From contig DUBO01000051.1 of assembly GCA_012960245.1 (NCBI GenBank), positions 60,887 through 124,886 of the forward strand: a stretch of DNA of 64,000 nucleotides, given 5' to 3'. A program made the position numbers and the translations under genes. Below, in pieces: positions 34,372 to 43,944 of this stretch. Below the pieces are notes generated by a model, which did no database searches, was not told the DNA's origin, and saw nothing but the letters and a program-made list of their open reading frames with translations. Position 1 is the first letter of the stretch, and each line of letters opens with the position of its first letter. Source of the DNA: Candidatus Binatota bacterium (lineage in GTDB: Bacteria > Desulfobacterota > Binatia > UBA1149).

Positions 34372-35358
34372 ATGAAATACGGAATAGTACTCGCGGCCCC
34401 GACGATAGCCGACCAGGTGAGGGTGGCCCGGCGCGCCGAGCAGGCCGGCTTCGACTCGGCCTGGACGATAGAGTTTTTCAACCAGAACGGCCACGTGCGC
34501 CTGGCGGCCGTGGCCGCAGCCACCGAGAGCATCACGGTGGGTAACGCCATTGCCTACGCTTTTATGCGCACCCCCTTGCTGACCGCGTCGGCGGCCATGG
34601 ACATCGACGAGCTGTCGGGCGGACGCATGGTGCTGGGCCTGGGCAGCGGAACCCGCAGCATGAACGAACGTTGGTACTCATCTGCCTGGCAGACGCCGGC
34701 ACCCGCTAGAATGAAAGAAGTAGTGGCCCTGGTCAGGGCTGCCTTTGCCGCTTCAGGGGGTGGTGGGCTCAAGTTCGAAGGAGAGTTCTACAATGCCAAC
34801 GTTCCGCTCTACGCCCGGCCGGGAATGGTGCGCGACAGCATCCCGGTCTACGTGGCCGGCGTCGCTCGGCCCATGGTGCGCGCCGCGGCCGCGGTGGCCG
34901 ACGGCCTGGTTGGACACCCGGTGTACACCCGTAAGTATATTGCCGACAGCGTGCTGCCCATTCTCGAGGGTTCCGACTGCGAGCTGGCGCCTTACGTCAT
35001 CTGCTCGGTCAGCGACGACGTTGAGCAGGCCCGCAACGAGGCGCGCATGCAGATCGCGTTCTATTTCACTACCCGGCTCTACCACACCATCCTCGACGCG
35101 CACGGCTGGCGCGACAGGGGCGAGGTTATAGCGGCGGCTTTCAAGCGCATGGACTTTGCCGCCATGACCGCCGAAGTGAGCGACGAGATGATAGACGCTA
35201 TTGCCATTACCGGCCGCCCCGATGAAGTGCGCGACCAGCTGCGGCAGTGGGACGGTCTGAGTGAGCAGGTCTTGCTCTACCCCCCGACTGTAGGGGTGGC
35301 ACACGAGCGCGTCAGCGAAAATCTCGACGCCATGGTCGACGCGTTTGCCGTTTCTTAA
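34372..35358 (+). CDS. LLM-class (luciferase-like) flavin/F420-dependent oxidoreductase
   Basis: MKYGIVL...GFDSAWTIEFF...GRMVLGLGSGT matches the LLM TIM-barrel motifs. Confidence 0.75.
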   Translation: MKYGIVLAAPTIADQVRVARRAEQAGFDSAWTIEFFNQNGHVRLAAVAAATESITVGNAIAYAFMRTPLLTASAAMDIDELSGGRMVLGLGSGTRSMNERWYSSAWQTPAPARMKEVVALVRAAFAASGGGGLKFEGEFYNANVPLYARPGMVRDSIPVYVAGVARPMVRAAAAVADGLVGHPVYTRKYIADSVLPILEGSDCELAPYVICSVSDDVEQARNEARMQIAFYFTTRLYHTILDAHGWRDRGEVIAAAFKRMDFAAMTAEVSDEMIDAIAITGRPDEVRDQLRQWDGLSEQVLLYPPTVGVAHERVSENLDAMVDAFAVS

Positions 35359-35362
35359 GGGT

Positions 35363-36853
35363 TTACCTCAGGGTTCGAAGTCTCAGCAATACTTTTAACA
35401 GCAAGGCCGACGCGCGGTTCAATCGGCCTTTCTGCCACTGGTCTCCCAGTTTCTTCCATGCCTCGGCAACGGTTGGGTAGGGCTGGATGACCGAGGCCAG
35501 GGATCCGAGCGGAACAGCCGAATTAATCGCCTGGGTGACCTGTCCTATGGCTTCGCCCGCGTGGTCGGCCAGGAGGGTAGCACCCAGTATTCGACCGCCT
35601 CGGGCAGAGACGTGCACCCGGGCAAGACCCCTGGTGCTTCCGGCCAGCACCGAGCGGTCCAGGTCTTCGAGCGGCACGGTGAAAGTACTGATTTTTTTAC
35701 CCATCGACTGTGCCTCGTGGGCGGTCATACCGACGTGAGCAAGCTCGGGGCTGGTGTACGTGCACCAGGGTATGGTCAACCTGTCCACGCGTTCGCGTCC
35801 CCCGAAAAGGGCATTTCGAAGGACTATCCGCGCCATTGCGTCTGCCGCGTGGGTAAACTGGAAAACCGAACAGACGTCCCCCGCGGCATAAATCCTGCGG
35901 TTGCTGGTTCGCAGCCTTTCGTTAACGGTTATACCACCGGTCGTGTATTCCACCCCGGCTGATTCCAGCCCGATATCCTCTACCACCGGTCGACGTCCGG
36001 TGGCGACCAGGACCTGGTCAGCTTCGATTTCAGATCCTTCATTAGCTACTTCAACATTAAGTATAGTCGCTCGTTTACGGAGACTTACCCGCGACAAGTG
36101 GCAGTTGAGAATTAACTCTACGCCTTCGTTGGTCAGTGCCGACGCGAGTTGACGGGAAGCATCCGGGTCTTCGTTGGGGAGTATACGGTCGGCGCTGTCG
36201 ATCAGGGTGACGTGCGAACCGAGGCGGGACATCGCCTGCGACAGTTCGCAACCGATAGGACCGGCGCCGATCACGACGAGCCGGGCCGGTTGTTCTTCGA
36301 GGTTGAAGAAGTTCTCGCTGGTCAGGGGCTGTACGTCCGATAGGCCTGGAACCGGTGGTAGCGTGGGAACCGCACCGGTGGCGACCATCGCCCGCCGGAA
36401 GAGGAGCGTGCTTCCATCAACTTCCAGGCGGTCGGTGCCGGTAAACCGGCCGTGTCCTAGAAACACGTCTACACCGAGGTCTGTAAACCTTCTCGCGCTG
36501 TCTGCTTGTGCCAGCGTGGCCCTGATTTCCCTCATCCGCTCCATTACCGCGGAAAACTGGTAGAGCTCGGGGTCACCACCGGGATTGTCCCAGGCCTTCC
36601 TCGCCGCTTCGAGCAGCGCCTTGGAGGGCACACACCCAGAATTAAGACAGTCTCCGCCAAGAAGCCCTTTTTCGACCAGGGCAACGCGCGCGCCGAGGGA
36701 GGCCGCGCCGGCGGCCGCCACGAGGCCAGCTGGACCACCTCCGAGTACCAGGAGGTGGTAACGCCGTTTCGGGTCAGGGTTTGTCCAGTCCCGGGGGTGG
36801 ACGTGTTCAAGCAGCTCGGAATTGTAGCTGTCGTCGGGTGCCAGTTGGTTCAT
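35363..36853 (-). CDS. FAD-dependent pyridine nucleotide-disulfide oxidoreductase (class I: dihydrolipoamide dehydrogenase / mercuric reductase-like)
   Basis: YHLLVLGGGPAGLVAA FAD motif. GGDCLNSGCVPSK redox-active disulfide. A second Rossmann motif VVIGAGPIGCEL. HP motif in the C-terminal dimerisation domain (TYTSPELAHVG). Start at MNQLAPDD. Confidence 0.8.
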   Translation of the reverse strand: MNQLAPDDSYNSELLEHVHPRDWTNPDPKRRYHLLVLGGGPAGLVAAAGAASLGARVALVEKGLLGGDCLNSGCVPSKALLEAARKAWDNPGGDPELYQFSAVMERMREIRATLAQADSARRFTDLGVDVFLGHGRFTGTDRLEVDGSTLLFRRAMVATGAVPTLPPVPGLSDVQPLTSENFFNLEEQPARLVVIGAGPIGCELSQAMSRLGSHVTLIDSADRILPNEDPDASRQLASALTNEGVELILNCHLSRVSLRKRATILNVEVANEGSEIEADQVLVATGRRPVVEDIGLESAGVEYTTGGITVNERLRTSNRRIYAAGDVCSVFQFTHAADAMARIVLRNALFGGRERVDRLTIPWCTYTSPELAHVGMTAHEAQSMGKKISTFTVPLEDLDRSVLAGSTRGLARVHVSARGGRILGATLLADHAGEAIGQVTQAINSAVPLGSLASVIQPYPTVAEAWKKLGDQWQKGRLNRASALLLKVLLRLRTLR

Positions 36854-37854
36854 ACGAGGGCGCCCCCACAGCCGGATCCAACCCCGGCGGTGCAGCCGAG
36901 GCAATGGTCTCCCGTTACCACGTTCTGGTTCGCCAGGTCATCCAGGTCCGAGATCTGCCACACGTTGGCCCCGGTTTTGTCGGCGACGTTCGGAGCGAGT
37001 TCCAGCATCTGGTTGAAGTCACAGTCGTAAAGCCCTCCGTCCCACGAAACGCTGACCATGGAACGGCACATGAGGGAGGGGGCCGTGGCCGCATTGAAAG
37101 AATCAACAAGCAGTTGCATGTAGCTCTCGTACTGGCCGCGTTTATGCAGCCACTCAGCGAACCTGAGTACCGGTAGGTTGGTCAGGGTAAGCAGGTTGTT
37201 GAATTGTACCTGGTGTCGTTCGTAGAGTTCCTCTCGGTAACGCTTTTCAAGCTCATCCTGCGGCCCGGGAAGATGCGCACCACCGGGGTTGTATACCAGG
37301 TCGATGAAGAGGTTGGAGCCAGGCATGCCGTACCCCGTTGAGTTGAACAGTTTCAAGGCTTCGATGCTTCGCCCGTAGACGCCGTTTCCACGCTGGGCAT
37401 CAACGTTCTCACTGGTATAGCAGGGCAGGCTGGCCATGACGTGGACAGCGTTTGCGGCAAGGAAGTCCGCCAGGTCATCCATGCCGGGCTCCATCAAGAC
37501 CGTCAGGTTACAACGATCGATCACGTGTTTATTGAGCGCGCGGGATTGGCGGACGAGGTGCCGAAAGCCAGCATTAAGTTCGGGTGCACCGCCGGTGATA
37601 TCCACGGTCTTCACGCTGGTGCTGTTGGCTACAAGGTCCAGGATCCTGTCGATCGTTTCTCGGCTCATGTCCTCGGTCCGGGAAGGACCGGCATCGACGT
37701 GGCAGTGGGAACAGGCCTGGTTACATACTTTTCCTACGTTTACCTGGACAGTCGTAACCGCGCCGCGGGCCAGGGGGGCGAGGCTGTGGGCGGACAAGCT
37801 CGACTGGAAAACGCCCGTGTCCGGTTCCTGGGTGTGGGCGTTTCTGACTCGCAT
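36850..37854 (-). CDS. Radical SAM / Cys-rich domain protein of the ArsS-like (TIGR04167-like) family
   Basis: TTVQVNVGKVCNQACSHCHVDAGP (CxxxCxxC). C-terminal Cys-rich tail DHCLGCTAGVGSGCGG. The stop overlaps the downstream gene start (ATGA). Confidence 0.7.
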   Translation of the reverse strand: MRVRNAHTQEPDTGVFQSSLSAHSLAPLARGAVTTVQVNVGKVCNQACSHCHVDAGPSRTEDMSRETIDRILDLVANSTSVKTVDITGGAPELNAGFRHLVRQSRALNKHVIDRCNLTVLMEPGMDDLADFLAANAVHVMASLPCYTSENVDAQRGNGVYGRSIEALKLFNSTGYGMPGSNLFIDLVYNPGGAHLPGPQDELEKRYREELYERHQVQFNNLLTLTNLPVLRFAEWLHKRGQYESYMQLLVDSFNAATAPSLMCRSMVSVSWDGGLYDCDFNQMLELAPNVADKTGANVWQISDLDDLANQNVVTGDHCLGCTAGVGSGCGGALV

Positions 37855-37974
37855 CGGTAAAATAGTCCCCGGTATTCGCCGAAAAAGCGACAGAAATCGA
37901 TAGTTGCTTCACACAGATAGAGCGAAAGTGTTTAAGGGGCCGGTCTCTGTGGGACTGGCGGTAGGTATTTACAG

Positions 37975-38604
37975 GTGAACAGGCGGAAATTACTCTGGCT
38001 CGCATCGGCGTTACTCTACGCTGCTTTCGTTTGTTGGTATACGGATTTCGGAGGGCCTTTGCGACCGGCGGAAATCGAATATCACGTTGAACGCATGCAG
38101 GCCTGGGGGGCTCCGCCTTCCGCGGTAGGGCGCATGCGAACGTTCATGGAGAACGACAGCGGACGCCAGTTCCTCATGCTCAACGCCCTTGATATGGCCG
38201 ATAGCCCTTTGCCGGTCGAGGGCGCGGAACCGGGCGAAAGCGCCGAACAACTCATGGGCCGCTACATGGAATACATGTACCCGGAATTGTTTAAGCGTGC
38301 GTGTCACCCGGTGGTTTTTGGAGACGCGGTAAACGCGGCCATGGACGTGGTAGGATTAGAAGGAGTCGATAACTGGGACGCCGGTGCTATGCTACGCTAC
38401 CGTAGCCGACGCGACCTGGTAGAAATCGCGTCGAATCCAGAGATGGGTAAACGCCATCATTTCAAGGTCGCGGCGCTGGATAAGACCATTGCCTATCCTG
38501 TCGAAACACGGGTCTACCTGGGCGACGCCAGGGTCCTGGTCGGGCTGCTGTTGCTTTCAATTACGGCGCTGGTCGATATCGCCGTCTACGGTCGGCGCGG
38601 CTAA
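37975..38604 (+). CDS. Hypothetical protein with an N-terminal transmembrane helix
   Basis: ORF only. N-terminal KLLWLASALLYAAFVCWY. No recognisable motifs. Confidence 0.4.
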   Translation: MNRRKLLWLASALLYAAFVCWYTDFGGPLRPAEIEYHVERMQAWGAPPSAVGRMRTFMENDSGRQFLMLNALDMADSPLPVEGAEPGESAEQLMGRYMEYMYPELFKRACHPVVFGDAVNAAMDVVGLEGVDNWDAGAMLRYRSRRDLVEIASNPEMGKRHHFKVAALDKTIAYPVETRVYLGDARVLVGLLLLSITALVDIAVYGRRG

Positions 38605-39665
38605 CCACGGGCCAAGCCCGGCGCGGCCTTCCCGGTGGCAATCGGCAGATCGAGATAAGTCTTTACCCCGGGATCGGCCCTGCACACGGCCGGGATGGCG
38701 TTTACGTTGTGCATCGCGGTCGCCACGATTCCGCGGTTGCGGGCCAGTCCGGACTCTATGCTGTCTGGGTGAAGACCGTGAAACACGGTTTGCACGGGAG
38801 GGTCACCGTCTATGGCTATTTCGAAACGTTCACCTTCCGGACCGAAGTTCCAATCCGGATCGAGATGCTCTTCTCCCATCAGCCAGTTCACCCGCGCCGT
38901 GATTACCGGTGTGCCGTTCACGGTAGCCTGCCAGGTGAAGCGCTGGGCGGCCACTCGACCGGGCTGTATGGGGCCTATCGGTGAGTCGATGGGGTGGGTG
39001 GCAACGGCCATTTCGTGAAGGGTTCGCTTCTCGGCATCAACGGCGAAGCCCAGCGTGTCGGCTAACATGTTGACCGACTGCATGAAGCCGCCGCCGAGAA
39101 TGTCGAGCATTGGACTTTGCGCGGCTTGGTCGGGGGTGTGCCCGAACAACATGACGTCGCCTACCACGGCAGGCGCGTCGTAGGTTCTTATGTCAGAAAA
39201 TTCCTCGGCCCGTACGTGGGTGATCGAACCCGACAGCGCCGAGATCATCAGGGGGAATCGCTCGGTGATTCCTCCCGGGTGAATGCCGGTGCCGTGCAGG
39301 GTGGTACCACCGGTGCTGCAGGCAGCCTCCATTACCGCTGTGTCATCACCCGGGACCGGGTAGAACCAGCCCAGCGGCGTGACCACGTTTTTTCCGGATT
39401 CGAGCAGGGACACTACCTCGGAGGGAGTGGCCAGCAGGGGGCTGTAAAGAACACAGTCGGCCTCCGTGGCAAGTATCTCGTCGATATCATCGCTGGCGGC
39501 TACACCGATAGGCCCGATGCCCGCTATTTCACCGGCGTCTCGCCCGGCCTTGTCAGCCGAGTGAACCCAGCACCCCGCCAGTTCCAGTTCTGGATGGTTA
39601 ACGATTCCCTGTATGGCGGCGCAACCGAGTCCGCCGGTCGCCCACTGTATTACCCGGTATCCCAT
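38601..39665 (-). CDS. DapB-like NAD(P)-binding oxidoreductase (NAD(P)H-dependent amine dehydrogenase / dihydrodipicolinate-reductase-like family)
   Basis: N-terminal MGYRVIQWATGGLGCAAI Rossmann. Overall length and pattern resemble the DapB N/C domains. Confidence 0.5.
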   Translation of the reverse strand: MGYRVIQWATGGLGCAAIQGIVNHPELELAGCWVHSADKAGRDAGEIAGIGPIGVAASDDIDEILATEADCVLYSPLLATPSEVVSLLESGKNVVTPLGWFYPVPGDDTAVMEAACSTGGTTLHGTGIHPGGITERFPLMISALSGSITHVRAEEFSDIRTYDAPAVVGDVMLFGHTPDQAAQSPMLDILGGGFMQSVNMLADTLGFAVDAEKRTLHEMAVATHPIDSPIGPIQPGRVAAQRFTWQATVNGTPVITARVNWLMGEEHLDPDWNFGPEGERFEIAIDGDPPVQTVFHGLHPDSIESGLARNRGIVATAMHNVNAIPAVCRADPGVKTYLDLPIATGKAAPGLARG

Positions 39666-39840
39666 GTATAGGTCACCTCCTGGTTTGTTCGCGGTCTATC
39701 CGGGCTACCGGCAGTGTTCGCAAACGTTTTTTTAGGACGGGTCTCGCCTTTAGTCTAGTGGACGCCTGGACACTTGCTTGCCAACCGCCTCCACAGGGCC
39801 AGGTCGGGGTCGTGGGAGACAAAAGCCTGGCTGGCCGTTG

Positions 39841-42800
39841 CTACGTTGAAGGCTCGCTGAACCAGCGATAAAGCGCGGGGATCACCAGCAACGTAAGTAT
39901 GGTCGATGTCAGCAGGCCACCCACGACCACGGTGGCCAGTGGGCGCTGCACTTCGCTGCCGGTTCCGGTGGAGAACAGCAGCGGAAAGAGACCGAGCGCG
40001 GTGGTCGCGGCGGTTATGAGCACCGGCCTCAGGCGTTGGGTTGCGCCGCGCACCGACGCTTCGTTCACCGCTACGCCGTCTTTCACCAGTTGGTTGAAAC
40101 AGGTGACCAGCACCATGCCGTTTTCAAGCGCGATGCCGAACAGCGCTATGAATCCTACCGAAGACGGTACCGACAGGTTCTGCCCGGTTGCCCACAGGGC
40201 CACTACGCCGCCCACCAGGGCCAGCGGTATGTTGGCAATGATAAGCAGCGAGTTGGCTATCGATCCGAAACTGAGCAGCAGGAGGAAGAACACGATGAGC
40301 AGGGTGATCGGCACCACCACGGCCAACCTCTGGTTTGCTTCCTGCTGCAGGCGAAACTGTCCGCCCCAGGTCAGCAGGTAGCCTGGAGGGAGCGTGACCG
40401 CGGAGGCCAGCTCCTCGCTGGCTTCGGCCACGAAGGAGCCGATGTCACGGCCGACGACGTTGAGCTGGATGGTGATGAAACGCTGGTTGTCCTCTCGCGT
40501 GATCTGCCTGGGCCCGACTATTTCTTCTATGTGGGCAAGTTCGGACAGGGGCACGCGCACGCCCGAGGGCCCGTCGACCAGTATGTCGCCTATGGAGTTC
40601 GCCGTGCTGCGATAAGGTGCTGCAAAACGCACGTAGATATCGAAACGGCGGATACCCTCGAAGACCTGCCCGGCCACCTGGCCGCCGACCGCGGCACGGA
40701 TGGTTTTCTGCACGTCGGCCACGTTCATTCCGTAACGTGCCACCGCCAGCCGGTCGACGGTGATCAACAGTTGCGGCGTACCGGCCACCTGGTCGACCTG
40801 TACGTCAACGGCTCCCGGCACGGTCTCGACAATACGCTTGATTTCGTTGCCCCTGGCTATGAGTTCGTCGAGTTCGTCGCCGAAGAGCTTTATAGCCAGC
40901 TCGGCCCTGACGCCCTCCAGAAGCTCGTCCACCGTCATGGCTATGGGCTGGGTAAAGTTGGTGGCTATGCCGGGAATGTCGCCGAGGTCGAGGCGAATCT
41001 GTTCTTCGAGCTCGGGTTGGGTACTCGCGTTACGCCACTCGTCGCGGGGGTGCAGGAGGATATACATCTCGGCGCTGTTGACTGGATCGGTGTGGGCGCC
41101 GATTTCACCGCGGCCGATACGCGTCACCACGCCGCTAATTTCGGGGATCTTCATGAGCCTTCGCTCGACTATCATGGTCAGTTCGGTGCTCTTGGTGAGC
41201 GATACGGAGGGCGGCATCGTCAACCGCAGTACCATGGTGCCTTCCTGCAACCTGGGTGTGAACTCCGAACCGAGGCGGGGAAACACTGCCGCCCCGACAA
41301 GGAGCAGACCGACGGCAAGCGCGATGGCGTAACCCCGTCGCTGGACGAAGAACGAGACCGCCGGCTCGTAGTACGCGGTGAGCCGACGCAACACCGCACC
41401 GCGCGCGCCGCTTGTTTTCTGTCGACGCATGAGCAGGTCGGAAAGCGTGGGCGCGAGCGCTACGGCGAAGATCAGCGAGCCGAGCATCGCCAGTGCTACC
41501 GTGTAGGCCAGCGGCCTAAACGTTTTGCCCTCCACGCCTTGCAAGGTGAAGAGCGGGAGGAAGACGATAATGATGATCGATATGGCGAAAACGATAGGCC
41601 TGGCGACCTCGAGGCAAGCGCGGCAGACCACTGCAGTCCGCGACTCGTCGGGGTCGGCTTCGGCGAGGGCCCTGTCTACGTTTTCGACGATGACGATCGT
41701 GCCGTCCACCATCATGCCTATGGCTATGGCCAGGCCACCGAGCGACATGAGGTTGGCCGATATGCCGAAGTAGCCCATGCCGAGGGTCGCAAACAGGAAT
41801 GAAAATGGAATTGCCAGCGCCACGACGAGGCTCGCGCGCAGGCCGCCCATAAAGGCCATGAGCACCAGGGCCACCAGCAGAATACCCTGCACCAGCGCGC
41901 TCGTGACGGTGGTCACGCAGGCCTCGACGAGGGTTTTCTGCTCGTAGTACGGCACCAGGCTGATGCCGTCGGGCAGGATGCCGTTGATTTCTTCCATCTT
42001 GTCTTCGACCTGGCCGATGACGGTGGAGGAGTTGCTGCCGAAGAGCTTGACGACCATGGCTGAGACGACTTCTTCAGTGCCGTTTCTCGTCTGTACGCCG
42101 CGTCGCACCGCGCCGCCGATCTCGATGTCGGCGAGGTCGCTGAGAAACACCGGAGTACCGTCCTTGGATTTGACGACGATGTTCTTGAGGTCGTCAACGC
42201 CCGAGGCCAGGCCCACCGAGCGCACGATGTATTCTTCGTCGTTTTTCTCGATGAACTGCGCGCCAACGTTGAGGTTGTTCTCGCGTATGCGCTCGATGAC
42301 GTCGGCGATGGTCACGCCGTAACCGAGCAGGTGCTCGGGGTGAACGTTGACCTGGAACTGCTTTTCGTAACCGCCGATACCCAGAATCTCGGTCACGCCG
42401 GGAACGGTCTGCAGGTGAAATTTGACCAGCCAGTCCTGGATGCCGCGAAGCTCTTCGAGCGAGTAGTCACCGGTCGCGTCTTCGAGGTAGTAAAAGAGGA
42501 CCAGTCCCATGCCCGTGGAGATGGGGCCGAGCTGCGGTTCTCCGAATCCTTCCGGGATGAGCTCGCGCGCTTCCTGCAGGCGTTCGCCGACCACCTGGCG
42601 GGCAAAGTAAATGTCTGTTCCGTCTTCGAAGTAGATGTTGACGACCGAGAGGCCGAAGTTCGATACCGATCGGAGCCTGGTGACCTTCGGCAGCCCGTTC
42701 ATGGAGGCTTCGATGGGGTGGGTGACGTATTTCTCGACGTCGCCTGGTGCGAGGCCTTCGGTCTCAGTGAACACCTGCACGAGGTTGGGCGAGACGTCGG

Positions 42801-42915
42801 GGAACGCGTCGACCGGGAGCTCGCGGTAAGCCCGGTAGCCCGCGAGCCCTACGAGCAGGCCCAGCGCGAGCACGAGCAGTCGGTTGCCGAGTCCAAAGCG
42901 TATGAGTGTATCCAT
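39841..42915 (-). CDS. Heavy-metal efflux RND transporter, CzcA/CusA family (HME-RND)
   Basis: 1024 aa with 12 TM segments. N-terminal ...LPVDAFPDVSPNLVQVFTETEGLAPGDVEKYVTHPIE is the HME-RND signature. Confidence 0.9.
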   Translation of the reverse strand: MDTLIRFGLGNRLLVLALGLLVGLAGYRAYRELPVDAFPDVSPNLVQVFTETEGLAPGDVEKYVTHPIEASMNGLPKVTRLRSVSNFGLSVVNIYFEDGTDIYFARQVVGERLQEARELIPEGFGEPQLGPISTGMGLVLFYYLEDATGDYSLEELRGIQDWLVKFHLQTVPGVTEILGIGGYEKQFQVNVHPEHLLGYGVTIADVIERIRENNLNVGAQFIEKNDEEYIVRSVGLASGVDDLKNIVVKSKDGTPVFLSDLADIEIGGAVRRGVQTRNGTEEVVSAMVVKLFGSNSSTVIGQVEDKMEEINGILPDGISLVPYYEQKTLVEACVTTVTSALVQGILLVALVLMAFMGGLRASLVVALAIPFSFLFATLGMGYFGISANLMSLGGLAIAIGMMVDGTIVIVENVDRALAEADPDESRTAVVCRACLEVARPIVFAISIIIIVFLPLFTLQGVEGKTFRPLAYTVALAMLGSLIFAVALAPTLSDLLMRRQKTSGARGAVLRRLTAYYEPAVSFFVQRRGYAIALAVGLLLVGAAVFPRLGSEFTPRLQEGTMVLRLTMPPSVSLTKSTELTMIVERRLMKIPEISGVVTRIGRGEIGAHTDPVNSAEMYILLHPRDEWRNASTQPELEEQIRLDLGDIPGIATNFTQPIAMTVDELLEGVRAELAIKLFGDELDELIARGNEIKRIVETVPGAVDVQVDQVAGTPQLLITVDRLAVARYGMNVADVQKTIRAAVGGQVAGQVFEGIRRFDIYVRFAAPYRSTANSIGDILVDGPSGVRVPLSELAHIEEIVGPRQITREDNQRFITIQLNVVGRDIGSFVAEASEELASAVTLPPGYLLTWGGQFRLQQEANQRLAVVVPITLLIVFFLLLLSFGSIANSLLIIANIPLALVGGVVALWATGQNLSVPSSVGFIALFGIALENGMVLVTCFNQLVKDGVAVNEASVRGATQRLRPVLITAATTALGLFPLLFSTGTGSEVQRPLATVVVGGLLTSTILTLLVIPALYRWFSEPST

Positions 42916-42941
42916 CGTCGGTTTACCCGGCCGCCCCTTAG

Positions 42942-43943
42942 TCAGTGGCCGTGGCCCTGGTTGAGTTCTGAGCGTCCCAGCTCGGCCTTGAGAATGAACC
43001 CGCCGCTGGCCACGTAGGTTTCGCCGCTCGAGATGCCCGAAAGAACCTCGGCGTAGGTTGTGCTTCGACGCCCGAGTTCAAGTTGGCGGGGTTCAAACAC
43101 GCCGTCGCGCTGCACGAACACGACCGAGTGCTCGTCCACCGTCTGGAAAGCGGTGTTGGGCACGACCACGGCTACTTCTACCGAGGCGATGTCTACGCGC
43201 CCGGTCACGAACATACCCGGACGCCACTTGCCCGTGCTGTTGTCGAGCACGACGCGGGCCCGGGCGGTGCGGGTCTCCTCGTCGACCACCGGGCTGACGT
43301 AGGAAATGGTGCCGCGCGTGTCGGCCTGGTCGTGGCCCAGCGAGACCAGCACCGACTGGCCTACCTTGACGCTGGCAAGATCGCGTTGGTAGACGCTGAG
43401 CTCGATCCACACGTCGCCCAGGTCGGCGATGACGAAGGCCTGGGTCTGGCGGGTGACCGCTTCGCCGCGGGTGATATGCTTGTCTATTACAGTGCCGTTG
43501 GTGAGGGTCGATAAGCCGTAGGACGAGAGGCTTTCGCTGCTCTCGATTATTGCGAGCACGTCGCCGGCAGCGACCGTGTCGCCGATGCGGCTGCGAACTT
43601 CCTTGACGATACCCGCGTAGCGCGGCACCAGGTGGGCAATGCGGTCTGCATTGGGCACGACCTCACCCGGGAGTACCACCTCGGTGGCTATGCGGCCGTG
43701 CCCGGCTGTTGCTACCTTGACGCCGAACTCCAGTATGTGGTCTCTCGAGATCGTAACGGTGGTTTTGCCGGGAAGATCTTGTGCGTCTTGCGAATCATCG
43801 GCGTGTGCATCTGCTGCGTGGGCAGAGCTGCCGCGCTGGCCGTGGTGCTCGTCGTTGCCGCCGCTTGCGCCGTAGACAAGCAGTCCTGCAAAAAGCAGTA
43901 ACGCTGCCGTGTAGCTTAACTTGTTGAATCCAAGAACTTTCAT
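42942..43943 (-). CDS. Efflux RND periplasmic adaptor (membrane fusion protein, CzcB/CusB-like)
   Basis: Signal/TM segment, His-rich linker, and beta-barrel/lipoyl-like segments typical of MFPs. Sits in the operon with the RND pump. Confidence 0.8.
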   Translation of the reverse strand: MKVLGFNKLSYTAALLLFAGLLVYGASGGNDEHHGQRGSSAHAADAHADDSQDAQDLPGKTTVTISRDHILEFGVKVATAGHGRIATEVVLPGEVVPNADRIAHLVPRYAGIVKEVRSRIGDTVAAGDVLAIIESSESLSSYGLSTLTNGTVIDKHITRGEAVTRQTQAFVIADLGDVWIELSVYQRDLASVKVGQSVLVSLGHDQADTRGTISYVSPVVDEETRTARARVVLDNSTGKWRPGMFVTGRVDIASVEVAVVVPNTAFQTVDEHSVVFVQRDGVFEPRQLELGRRSTTYAEVLSGISSGETYVASGGFILKAELGRSELNQGHGH

Positions 43944-43944
43944 T

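Noticed and set aside
40036-41802. 588-aa plus-strand ORF overlapping the RND pump gene
   Set aside because: It is antisense to an unambiguous CzcA/CusA-family transporter. Its composition (H/R/G-rich) is not protein-like.
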